From the IMG/VR virus record IMGVR_UViG_3300020463_001735, positions 1 through 64,000 of that record: a stretch of 64,000 nt of DNA; one strand, 5' to 3'. Under the pieces are notes generated by a model. It searched no databases, had not been told where the DNA came from, and saw only the letters and a program-made list of their open reading frames with translations. Origin of the DNA: a virus. Position 1 is the stretch's first letter. The number at the start of each line of letters is the position of its first letter. Both the position numbers and the translations under genes were made by a program. This document shows positions 8,066 through 16,856 of this stretch, in pieces.

Positions 8066-9283
8066 ATGGCTTTACAGATAAGACGTGGTACCGACGCACA
8101 GAGACAAGGAATAACACCTAAAGCAGGTGAACCAATCTTTACAACAGATACAAAAAAGTTGTTTATAGGAGATGGATCAACAGCTGGTGGTGTTATTGTA
8201 GACACAACAGGTAGTCAATTAAGTGATATAATCGAAGATACAACACCACAACTAGGTGGGTCATTAGATCTCAATAATCAAAATATAACTGGAACAGGTA
8301 ACATTAACATTACCGGACAAATTTCTGCTTCTTCTATTGATCTAAAAGGTTCTATATTTGCTGATGATTCAACACTGCTCGTAGATGGTATTTCTGGAAA
8401 AATTGTTGGTCCTGTAGAATCTAACGTTATCGGAAATGTTACTGGCAACGTAACAGGTAATGTTACAGGTAATTTGACAGGTGATGCAAATGGTAATCAC
8501 TCAGGTACATTTGATGGAACAGTTACAGCAGTTGGTCAGTTTGAAGGACAAGTTTTAGGTTCAATCTTTGGTGATGATAGCACTATGTTAATTGACGGTG
8601 TAAACAATAAAATTGTTGGACGAATTCAGACTACAGAAATTATAGATATAGATGCAAACGCACTTGCTTCTGGTGTAAATGCACTAAGAACAACAGGATA
8701 TATGCAACCAACTGGTTTAAATTCAGGTATAGGAATACAAACAAAGGCTGCTAGAAATAGTGGATCAAATACTCCTGTTACATTACAACCAGGAGACTTT
8801 ATCAAAGATATTATTGCAGCAGGTTATGATGGCACAGACTATACCACTTGTGCTGTGATTAAAATGGGCACAGACAAATATAAAACTATCCAAACAGGAA
8901 AGATGGCTGGTAGAATGATCTTTACAGCATATAAAGATGACGGTACATTTGGTTTAGATACTATTATGGTTTTCCAAAGTGATGGTAAATTATCAATTGG
9001 TGCTGGCGACAATCCTCAAGCTAAATTAGATGTTGCTGGCGATGGAAAATTTACAGGCACAGTAAATGCTCCAGCTTTCCAAGGTGATGTTACCGCAGAC
9101 GATTCAACTGTAATGTTCAACAGTAACACAGGACAAATTACTGCTCCAGGCACTGTAACCCTTGCTAGTTATACAACTACAGCAAGAAATGCATTAACGG
9201 CTGCTAACGGCATGATAATTTATAACACAACTACAAGTAAGTTAGAAGCATATGCTGGCGGTAGTTGGGTAGCTTTACACTAA
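8066..9283 (+). CDS. tail fibre / virion protein with Mtd_N (hyaluronidase-like) N-terminal domain
   Basis: MALQIRRGT...GEPIFTTDTKKLFIGDG N-terminus, GNVT repeats, three DDST repeats, C-terminal GMIIYNTTTSKLEAYAGGSW fibre motif. Confidence 0.75.
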   Translation: MALQIRRGTDAQRQGITPKAGEPIFTTDTKKLFIGDGSTAGGVIVDTTGSQLSDIIEDTTPQLGGSLDLNNQNITGTGNINITGQISASSIDLKGSIFADDSTLLVDGISGKIVGPVESNVIGNVTGNVTGNVTGNLTGDANGNHSGTFDGTVTAVGQFEGQVLGSIFGDDSTMLIDGVNNKIVGRIQTTEIIDIDANALASGVNALRTTGYMQPTGLNSGIGIQTKAARNSGSNTPVTLQPGDFIKDIIAAGYDGTDYTTCAVIKMGTDKYKTIQTGKMAGRMIFTAYKDDGTFGLDTIMVFQSDGKLSIGAGDNPQAKLDVAGDGKFTGTVNAPAFQGDVTADDSTVMFNSNTGQITAPGTVTLASYTTTARNALTAANGMIIYNTTTSKLEAYAGGSWVALH

Positions 9284-9936
9284 GTTTTTTTTTCGTAATT
9301 TTCTACTACACGTTTTTGCCAAGGCACTGTAAAGTCCCACATATTCACAGTTTCATCACTTTCAACTGATTCTATTGCTTTTTCCCAGGGCACTGTCATT
9401 AAATGTGTCTTTAGTATCATTCTTTCATTATCAGTTGCATTGGCAACACCATGAAAACGATTAACATTTAAAAAACTTGGATTAAAATATTCGTGGCTTT
9501 CAATTTTATTAGATGGTTTGTTATCTAATGTGTCATAAAAATCAATTACTGTTTTACCTCTAAGTGGAATGTTAAAAGCACTAAGAGCCCTAAAATTGAC
9601 AGCAGTATGTGGCGGTAGTAATCCTCCAGGAGGAAACCAAATAAAAGTAAATCTTATTACATGTTTTATTTCATCCCAGTTTAATTTGACATCAGATTTT
9701 ATTGCAATATTTGTTACCCTGGCATATAGTTCGTTCCATAACGGAATATTACAATCATAACACAAATTATAGATTGTTTGTTTTGTTGCATCAGTTCCTA
9801 TAACAGCATGATCTCCTATTTTAGATTTTACTTTTGTTTTAAAAAAGTGATCTAATTCTTCTTTATCCGATTCAAAGAAATCATAACCTTGTGTTTCTGC
9901 ATATCTATCTTCAAACTTATATCTAAAGTTACCCAT
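9280..9936 (-). CDS. Fe/2OG oxygenase-fold protein with HxA motif (halogenase-like)
   Basis: FPPGGLLPPHTA...NIPL...NVNRFHGVAN...ER; aligns by eye with the neighbouring HxD paralogues but has Ala in place of Asp. Confidence 0.6.
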   Translation of the reverse strand: MGNFRYKFEDRYAETQGYDFFESDKEELDHFFKTKVKSKIGDHAVIGTDATKQTIYNLCYDCNIPLWNELYARVTNIAIKSDVKLNWDEIKHVIRFTFIWFPPGGLLPPHTAVNFRALSAFNIPLRGKTVIDFYDTLDNKPSNKIESHEYFNPSFLNVNRFHGVANATDNERMILKTHLMTVPWEKAIESVESDETVNMWDFTVPWQKRVVENYEKKT

Positions 9937-10777
9937 TGTTTACCTCCCAACAATTTTCATAGTCAAAACTTAATCTATACAAATATCTATCTCCTTCAAC
10001 TGCATTACGTTTATGAATACTATGGAACTGATCCATAAAAATAAAATCTCCAGGTTGCCAATCATCATGATGCCAAATATATTTGTCTTGAAAAATGTGT
10101 GCCATTAATTTATCAAAGATAGGTTGCTTGTCTAACTTCTCTTCTTTACTGTCTCTAAGCCACATTTCTCTGATGTAATGAAATGTAAAGTATAATCCTT
10201 CATCACCATCATAAGGATGTGTATATACCAAAGGCTTGGTAACACCATATTTAAAATCTCTTGCGCCGCCTTTAAACATTTTTAATTCTTTGTCATCTTC
10301 GTCTAAGTCATAAAATGTTCCGTTTTCAAATTTGAATGTACAATCTATTTGTTTGTAAAAGTTTTTATCTTCTGCACTTAAATCTCTATATGCTTGTCTA
10401 GTATCACAAAAGCTGGTTACACTATTTTCGCCAGGACGTACACAATAAAGGGCTACACAGCATTCTTTGCCGCTTTTCCTACCATTACCATTACTATGCC
10501 AATCCAATTCTTTGTCTGCAAATATACCAATTTTCTCACCGTCTTTGCGTTCGTTAGTGACTCTAAACAAGCCAGGATAATCTGGGTGCATAAAAAACTG
10601 CTCTGGTTTAAGTATATTACCAATTAGTTCACATACTCTAAGTATACCTGCTTCGTCTAAATTTTGATTTCTAACAAGTACTACATTATCTTTTACAATG
10701 TTCTTACCCCAATCTTGAACTTCCGTATCTGTCATTTTGTCAAAATCAATTTCGTATCTTACAGCATCCATCTGCAT
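9929..10777 (-). CDS. TauD/TfdA-family dioxygenase
   Basis: VVLVRNQNL, WHSNG, TSFCD..AY..L, KPLVYTHP, WQPGDFIFMDQFHSIHKR, RYLYR. Confidence 0.8.
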   Translation of the reverse strand: MQMDAVRYEIDFDKMTDTEVQDWGKNIVKDNVVLVRNQNLDEAGILRVCELIGNILKPEQFFMHPDYPGLFRVTNERKDGEKIGIFADKELDWHSNGNGRKSGKECCVALYCVRPGENSVTSFCDTRQAYRDLSAEDKNFYKQIDCTFKFENGTFYDLDEDDKELKMFKGGARDFKYGVTKPLVYTHPYDGDEGLYFTFHYIREMWLRDSKEEKLDKQPIFDKLMAHIFQDKYIWHHDDWQPGDFIFMDQFHSIHKRNAVEGDRYLYRLSFDYENCWEVNNG

Positions 10778-11505
10778 TAGTTATTTTCTCCTAATAAAAT
10801 TTTTTTTGGATTTTGTGTTTTTCCGTTTACGTAATTACGCCACAGTACAGCATTTTCGAGTTCAACATTAAACTCTTCTTTACTTAATTTACCTATACTA
10901 AAATTTCCTACAGTGTCCCAAACATCTGCAACAAGATGCCATCTATCTGTTTTTCCGTTATTTTTAACATAATGATAAGGACTTACATCAGCCATATAAC
11001 AACCACCTTCTTCTAATTTGTATGTGTGATCACCATGAACAAAATCCGTGCCTTCTGTAACTATAGGTATATGCAATTTAAACCCGCCGCCATCACTGTG
11101 CTTATGTATAATACCCTGTGGTGGCAAATAAGATAACCTTACTCTTCTAGGATTCATACCCTTTTCATATAAGAAATTAACAATTTGTTTCCATATACCT
11201 TTACAAGCAATAGTTTCTACTTCATAGTCTAACATATGATATATTTTATGTTGCCTAGCATAATCTAAATTAAAATATATACGAGGATTAGGATTGGTTT
11301 TATCTTGTTCTGAATAAGGAGGATCTTGTAATCCGACGTTAAAATTAAATCCATTATATAGACTACCATCTTGTGAAGTTATACACAAACCATGTAATCC
11401 TCCTTTTTGGATATCATTTGATTTATTTTCTTTTAATAGATCGTATAGTTCTTTTTTTAATTGTTTTGTGTCAAACTTCCAACTATTTTTTACCACATAG
11501 TTCAT
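10777..11505 (-). CDS. aspartyl/asparaginyl beta-hydroxylase-like Fe/2OG oxygenase
   Basis: RVRLSYLPPQGIIHKHSD..LHIPIVT..HYVKNNGKTDRWHLV. Confidence 0.75.
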   Translation of the reverse strand: MNYVVKNSWKFDTKQLKKELYDLLKENKSNDIQKGGLHGLCITSQDGSLYNGFNFNVGLQDPPYSEQDKTNPNPRIYFNLDYARQHKIYHMLDYEVETIACKGIWKQIVNFLYEKGMNPRRVRLSYLPPQGIIHKHSDGGGFKLHIPIVTEGTDFVHGDHTYKLEEGGCYMADVSPYHYVKNNGKTDRWHLVADVWDTVGNFSIGKLSKEEFNVELENAVLWRNYVNGKTQNPKKILLGENN

Positions 11506-12152
11506 ACAAGTAAACTTTCCTTATTAGGTAAGTTATCGTATGCTATACCAAAAATTAAAACAATTCTTATATTATTAGAAGGATTTACAACTCTGTGCAA
11601 CCATCCTGTATTTACAAAATATGCTTCTCCAAGTGTCATATTTAAACTTACTTCTTCACTTTTTGTTTTCCATTGAAATAAACTTCCTTCTGTCTGTACA
11701 GGAATTTGCACACGGCATAACACACTTGTATCAGTATCTATATGATAGTTAAGTTCATTACCACCGTGCATGACGCTTATACGTGTTCTATAGGGTGTTT
11801 TAAACTTGGTGTTTAAATATTTTTGTATATGATCGCTTTCAATGTCATTTCGCCAAATTGTGTAGTTAGTTTCATTTATAACATCATCTGAAGAGCATTG
11901 TTGTAAAAGGATTTGTGAATAAGTTTCGCTTGCAGTAAACGTATTTTTTACATCACAGTGTTGACTGATTTGATAATTATCACCTCCTAAATCGTTAGCT
12001 TTGTACGAACATGCAATTTGAAAAATTTGATCAACTACTTCTTGTGGTACATCATCAGCTACTGTTCCGTGTGTAAGCATTTGATGTCTTCTAGGTCCTG
12101 TGCCTTTCACTCTGCTTCTACGTGTTTCTTTAATTAAACATTTTTCTGTCAT
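11502..12152 (-). CDS. aspartyl/asparaginyl beta-hydroxylase-like Fe/2OG oxygenase
   Basis: RTRISVM..YHID..RVQIPVQT..GEAYFVNTGWLHRVVN..RIVLI. Confidence 0.75.
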   Translation of the reverse strand: MTEKCLIKETRRSRVKGTGPRRHQMLTHGTVADDVPQEVVDQIFQIACSYKANDLGGDNYQISQHCDVKNTFTASETYSQILLQQCSSDDVINETNYTIWRNDIESDHIQKYLNTKFKTPYRTRISVMHGGNELNYHIDTDTSVLCRVQIPVQTEGSLFQWKTKSEEVSLNMTLGEAYFVNTGWLHRVVNPSNNIRIVLIFGIAYDNLPNKESLLV

Positions 12153-12159
12153 CTCTATC

Positions 12160-12831
12160 CTATCTATTGAAAGCTGGATCTAACCATTCTGTTTTTGTTA
12201 TCGGTCGGCTTACAGTCATTTTAAATAAAGACTTTTCTAGTAACTGTGTATATAGTGGATTTTGTTCTCCATGCCAAGGAGATCCGATACATAAAGTAAT
12301 TTTTTCCTCAGGATCAGGATCAATGCTATGTGCATGACTGCCGTCCATTGCATAGCTGTTGTAATATTCAGGAACGTATATTTTGTTATAATTTTTATCA
12401 ATAAAATATAATTTACCAATATTTCCATTTAACACAATTCGGTACTTATATTGTAATGTTCCTATTTCAGATTCTGCACTATCCAGATGAATATTTAATC
12501 CTGTATGAGGATTAGTCCTTAAAATAGTTACCCGTCCAGGAGGAGACATAAAAGGAAAAATTTTTTCTTGGCAGATTTTTTGTATAGTAGGACATTTTTT
12601 TCCTGCTGTAGTGTATTCAAATTGTCCTTGTGTTGTATCAATATGTGTACCGTCATTTAGTTCTACCCTACCGCCCATTCGTCCGCCGCCGTTGTAAATG
12701 GCTATCATGCGGCAACCTCTAAACTCGTTCCAATGATGTACGTCTGCAGATAATTCTAGTACCTCTTGTAGCATGGCTTGTCTTTCGATATCTGTAACAG
12801 CTATGTCAAGAGCGGCAAATGTAAAACTCAT
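12160..12831 (-). CDS. Fe/2OG oxygenase-like protein
   Basis: RVTILRTNP..NIHLD...MDGSHAHS..EKITLC. Confidence 0.6.
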   Translation of the reverse strand: MSFTFAALDIAVTDIERQAMLQEVLELSADVHHWNEFRGCRMIAIYNGGGRMGGRVELNDGTHIDTTQGQFEYTTAGKKCPTIQKICQEKIFPFMSPPGRVTILRTNPHTGLNIHLDSAESEIGTLQYKYRIVLNGNIGKLYFIDKNYNKIYVPEYYNSYAMDGSHAHSIDPDPEEKITLCIGSPWHGEQNPLYTQLLEKSLFKMTVSRPITKTEWLDPAFNR

Positions 12832-13547
12832 TAATTAACCTTTATTAATTTAATAAACCATTTAGTAGGATCAAACTCCCACCATTTTTGCCCTATTTCA
12901 TAACTCCCAGCACGTCTGTGATGATTGCGGTGCCAGCCCTCTCCAGCAGTAAGTATATTTGCAATCCAACTGTTATTTGGTTGTGCATTCTTATGTCCTA
13001 AAATGTTTAATATTCCGTACCCATGAAATGCTAAAACTACCGGCATAGCATAACCAAATATCATAAGCAAAGGATCAATTAAACTAAAAACTACAATTAT
13101 ACCAATATTTAAATGAAAATAATACTTGTGAAAGAATCTAAGTAAAGAATCTTGTAATAGTCTTTTTATAAACTTACGTTTAATTTTAAATCCATATCCC
13201 CATGTGTTTACGTATACTGCCCATATACCTTTTACACTGTGACTATGTGGATCTAACTCTGTATCACTGTGTGCATGATGTTGTCTATGAGTAGCGGCCC
13301 ATGTCATTGCAGGACCTGCACCTGCAAACATACCTAATATATTTACTGCCCAAGGATACCATTTGCCTGCTTCAAAGGTTTTATGACTGTAGTATCTATG
13401 ATAACCACCACTTATTGCCACTATAGCTATTATATACCACCACAAAAAAGCGCCGATGAACATCCACAATTCTCCGAACATAAATGCAGGTATTAGCATC
13501 AAATGACAAAATGTATGATTAATTAAAAGTTTTGTTGTGTTTTCCAT
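12831..13547 (-). CDS. membrane fatty-acid desaturase (delta-9 type)
   Basis: Three His boxes HRYYSH, HRQHH and GEGWHRNHH; SDTELDPH; hydrophobic segments; WEFDP. Confidence 0.9.
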   Translation of the reverse strand: MENTTKLLINHTFCHLMLIPAFMFGELWMFIGAFLWWYIIAIVAISGGYHRYYSHKTFEAGKWYPWAVNILGMFAGAGPAMTWAATHRQHHAHSDTELDPHSHSVKGIWAVYVNTWGYGFKIKRKFIKRLLQDSLLRFFHKYYFHLNIGIIVVFSLIDPLLMIFGYAMPVVLAFHGYGILNILGHKNAQPNNSWIANILTAGEGWHRNHHRRAGSYEIGQKWWEFDPTKWFIKLIKVN

Positions 13548-13548
13548 A

Positions 13549-14247
13549 TTAGTATTTATTTGGTTGTTTATCTACTGGGTATGCAACACTGATATTACTA
13601 GCAGTGCCTTCCTTTACAGCCTGTTCTTGGCCGCTTACTAAGTACTCTTTAAATTTAATATATTGCGGATTGTCACCTTGAATATGTTGCCACTTGTCAT
13701 TAGGATTTGCTTTTAGCTTCCATTCACGTAACTCAGGACGCATATTTACTGGCGCACAAAGTTCAAACCTTTCATTACCAGAACCAGGACAAATTTTGTG
13801 ATAGTAATGGGTTGCATTTAAATACCAAACAGTACCGTTCGGCACTTGAAGATTAAAAATGTCCTCACCTGTATCTACATCAATGTTTGCGTTACCTTGC
13901 ACTGTGACGTGAAACTGTCCATCTAGATAGTATCTATCTTTGTGCCAGACACTCATTTCTTCACTGTCATCAGAAGTATATGCAAGCACTATCCAATCTA
14001 CCTCTAAAGGTTTTTGATATATTTTTTCAAACTCTACAGCATGTTTATCTACTACTTGTGCAAATTCTTTGATAATAGGCAGTTGACTTGTCTTATGAAA
14101 ATGCCAAGTTTTATATGTGTGAAAAAATTTCCCACTAATATTACTTGACTCTGTCATAGGAAAATTGTCAATAATATATTTGCATTGTTCTAAGCACCAT
14201 TTAGGATCAAACTTATCAAAAATAGTATGTGTTGGTCCTATTTGCAT
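13549..14247 (-). CDS. Fe/2OG oxygenase-like protein
   Basis: WHKD...GTVWYLNATHYYHKI...ERFEL. Confidence 0.6.
   Translation of the reverse strand: MQIGPTHTIFDKFDPKWCLEQCKYIIDNFPMTESSNISGKFFHTYKTWHFHKTSQLPIIKEFAQVVDKHAVEFEKIYQKPLEVDWIVLAYTSDDSEEMSVWHKDRYYLDGQFHVTVQGNANIDVDTGEDIFNLQVPNGTVWYLNATHYYHKICPGSGNERFELCAPVNMRPELREWKLKANPNDKWQHIQGDNPQYIKFKEYLVSGQEQAVKEGTASNISVAYPVDKQPNKY
13553..13559 (-). promoter_or_regulatory. possible late promoter ATAAATA, 5 nt before the desaturase ATG
   Basis: Minus strand reads ATAAATA-CTAAT-ATG with no SD; it lies inside the 3' end of the upstream gene. Confidence 0.45.
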
Positions 14248-14879
14248 TATGCAAACTCCACATTTTTTATTACAAAATCAACTGTTTCAGGCACAGTTTT
14301 AACATTTAACACTACCCAATAACTAGGATCGAAACTTGCATTAAACAGTGTATGAACTTTTGCTGTGTTTAAAAAATGCATGTGACCACTAGTCCAATGT
14401 AAAATTTTATTATCTAAAATAAAATGTACTCTAGGAGCATTAAAATTTACAAGAGGCATAATAATTCTAAAACTACTAAAATCTTTTCCGTAAAAATCTC
14501 TATGCGGCGGAAAAAATCCTCCTGGATTTAATTTAAGAATATGGCTTCTAAAAATTTTATCTTTTATAGGCTTAATTAACGTATTTAATTTTTCATATTC
14601 TAAAACAGGTGTAGGAACATTAAAACTATCTTCTAACCAATTGGTTCCATGTTCCTTGTTATATTCTTTGAGAGAATCTAAGTCAGGTCTGCCTGACAAA
14701 CCTCCATCTGCACTAGTAATGCTAAGTCCCCATCTGTCTACATTTTTTCTTGGATTATATCTTACATATTCAAAATTTTCCTCGGTCCAGTCAACAAAAG
14801 CATCTGTATCATGTAGATTAGGACTTAGTAGTATTTGATCTCCATAGGCTGTAAGTGTAGAATATAATTCTATTGACAT
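14247..14879 (-). CDS. aspartyl/asparaginyl beta-hydroxylase-like Fe/2OG oxygenase
   Basis: RSHILKLNPGGFFPPHRD..FRIIMPL..FLNTAKVHTLFN. Confidence 0.7.
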   Translation of the reverse strand: MSIELYSTLTAYGDQILLSPNLHDTDAFVDWTEENFEYVRYNPRKNVDRWGLSITSADGGLSGRPDLDSLKEYNKEHGTNWLEDSFNVPTPVLEYEKLNTLIKPIKDKIFRSHILKLNPGGFFPPHRDFYGKDFSSFRIIMPLVNFNAPRVHFILDNKILHWTSGHMHFLNTAKVHTLFNASFDPSYWVVLNVKTVPETVDFVIKNVEFA

Positions 14880-15436
14880 TCATTTTCCTTTTTTGTTTTC
14901 CATTCATCTATTGATAGACTAGGCAATTTTATATCTTGTCCTTTGTATATAACACTTTGAAAACAATTTGTACTATCTTCATTGCAGGTTCTTAGCATCA
15001 AAGGATGTAATTTCCAAGAGCTATCTAGTTTGCTTGCTAATCTATTTAATGCTTTTCTCCTCTTAAGATCTTGCATACTAATAAAAACAGTGTCGTATGT
15101 ATTTAAATAATTTAGTTGGGCTTCGGCTAAATGTATGGCAGGAGTACGCTCATTTGTATCGTAATAAAGATGACTTCTTCTATGTGCAGGATTGTAATAG
15201 GTCCTAGTTAACAATCTATAACACCCATTGTAAAATTCTTGTATTGTTGCAAATGCTATTAGTTCTTGTTTTTCGACCAAAAAGAACCATTCTACAAATC
15301 TAGTTTTGTAAATTTCTGGAAGTCTATCGAACCAATCTGTGTTACGCCAGTCACCCGGATAACACAGTCTTTTAAAATATTCTAGTTCAGCTAGGAATCT
15401 ATCCTCACCAAATTCTTGTAAAGTTTGTATGTGCAT
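14870..15436 (-). CDS. hypothetical protein, possibly GNAT-fold
   Basis: Start reassigned to ATG 15436 because the upstream TTG is a -35 box; LIAFATIQ..YRLLTRTYY resembles GNAT beta strands. Confidence 0.45.
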   Translation of the reverse strand: MHIQTLQEFGEDRFLAELEYFKRLCYPGDWRNTDWFDRLPEIYKTRFVEWFFLVEKQELIAFATIQEFYNGCYRLLTRTYYNPAHRRSHLYYDTNERTPAIHLAEAQLNYLNTYDTVFISMQDLKRRKALNRLASKLDSSWKLHPLMLRTCNEDSTNCFQSVIYKGQDIKLPSLSIDEWKTKKENECQ

Positions 15437-15443
15437 TTTTATG

Positions 15444-15472
15444 TTGACTTTTCTATTTATTAATGTTATTAT
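15444..15472 (+). promoter_or_regulatory. sigma70-type promoter (rightward)
   Basis: TTGACT-N17-TATTAT. Confidence 0.7.
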
Positions 15473-15496
15473 ACAACAATATAGCCTTACTGTCAA
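15468..15496 (-). promoter_or_regulatory. consensus sigma70 promoter (leftward)
   Basis: Perfect TTGACA-N17-TATAAT on the minus strand. Confidence 0.85.
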
Positions 15497-15513
15497 GTAA
15501 ATATTGGATGCAA

Positions 15514-16353
15514 ATGATTAATATTGTAGTAACAAGCAAACCTGTAGACGGACTTTTGTACTATAGTTACGAATACTGTGACTTATTAAATAAGGCAGGT
15601 TACCCTGCACGGCTGGTGATAATTACGCATCGAAACTTTCAAACATTAGATTATATTCAATCTATACAGAAAAAGTATACATATTTTAAGAATATTGCTG
15701 TAGACAGTTACGAATGTGATGAAAATGATACTACCCTAATTCTAGGTAGAAGTATGCTTACTTTAAGTTGGGAAAGTTTCAATGACTATACTATAACACA
15801 ACAAACGCTTTTGAAGAAACTTTTTAGTTGTAAATTGATCAGTGTGTATTCGGAAAATCATCCTACACTTTACCCTAAAGCAGTAAAATTTTACAATCCT
15901 AAACAAATTATAGACTTGTGTGATACTGATGTGTATCCTAATGGGGTAGGTAAACATTTTGAAAAACATATAAACTTCTCTATATACAAACCACATACAG
16001 ACAACATAAAATTTAAATATTTATTTTTTGGAACGAATGAAAAATATTATGCGGCGGCTGAAAAAGCGTTAGTAAACTTTCCTAATTACGGAATATTAAC
16101 ATATAATGCAAAGTATGTAAATTACAGTTACAATAATGTGTTTGTACCTGTAGATAATGTTCTGGGTATGTTTGAAACATATGTGTATACAAAAGAAACA
16201 TTCGATCCTGCGCCAAGGATTATACAAGAGTGTAAATACTATGATAAAGAAATAATTTACTTTAGAGATAAGAATATTGTAGATGGTGGGAGTGTATATT
16301 GGAATAGAGATATTATTGAGCCTGATATTTCTCCAATTGTAGAAGCGTTATGA
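15514..16353 (+). CDS. hypothetical protein, possibly GT-B glycosyltransferase-like
   Basis: Start at ATG 15508 or 15514; FDPAPRIIQECKYY resembles the nucleotide-sugar-binding helix of GT-B enzymes. Confidence 0.4.
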   Translation: MINIVVTSKPVDGLLYYSYEYCDLLNKAGYPARLVIITHRNFQTLDYIQSIQKKYTYFKNIAVDSYECDENDTTLILGRSMLTLSWESFNDYTITQQTLLKKLFSCKLISVYSENHPTLYPKAVKFYNPKQIIDLCDTDVYPNGVGKHFEKHINFSIYKPHTDNIKFKYLFFGTNEKYYAAAEKALVNFPNYGILTYNAKYVNYSYNNVFVPVDNVLGMFETYVYTKETFDPAPRIIQECKYYDKEIIYFRDKNIVDGGSVYWNRDIIEPDISPIVEAL

Positions 16354-16856
16354 AAAAATATCTTAATGAAAGATCTATGTGCTTACATAGCCAAAGCGGG
16401 TTTACTCCTAAAGAGTGGTTTACTTTGTATACAAAATTTCAGAATATTGAACCAAGACTAGTTCAGATATACAATTTTAATAAAAAGGAACTTTCTTTTG
16501 AGATGGAAGATATTGAAGGTTTCGTGTTGTCTGATACTGACGAAGTTAAGAAACTAGAAAGATGGAAACGTAGAAAGATACAATCTGAAGTGATAAGCAT
16601 ATGGGGAACCATACAAACTTTTAGTGTAGATGATAAACATGGTACTGGTACAGCAACATTTATACATAAAGATTATTGTACGAATAATTTAATGTATGAT
16701 ACAAACAAAAAACAAGTAAGATTGATCGACCCTGATGCTTTTCACAAAGAATCGCCAGGAGAATTTCCCCCTATTTGGCACGGACTATTTATAGACACCC
16801 TGTATAATACTAGCCAATGGGAAAAATACGATCATAGACTATGGGACCAACCATGA
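16350..16856 (+). CDS. small protein-kinase-like (APH/Kdo-kinase-type) phosphotransferase
   Basis: Hinge MEDIEG, catalytic loop IHKDYCTNNLM, metal-binding LIDPD. Confidence 0.6.
   Translation: MKKYLNERSMCLHSQSGFTPKEWFTLYTKFQNIEPRLVQIYNFNKKELSFEMEDIEGFVLSDTDEVKKLERWKRRKIQSEVISIWGTIQTFSVDDKHGTGTATFIHKDYCTNNLMYDTNKKQVRLIDPDAFHKESPGEFPPIWHGLFIDTLYNTSQWEKYDHRLWDQP

Noticed and set aside
8066-9283. Diversity-generating retroelement target (Mtd-like N-terminus)
   Set aside because: No reverse transcriptase and no TR/VR repeat pair seen in the window.
15437-15513. N-terminal extensions of ORFs 14870-15496 and 15463-16353 in the ORF track
   Set aside because: They run through the divergent promoter region; downstream ATGs (15436 and 15508/15514) fit better.
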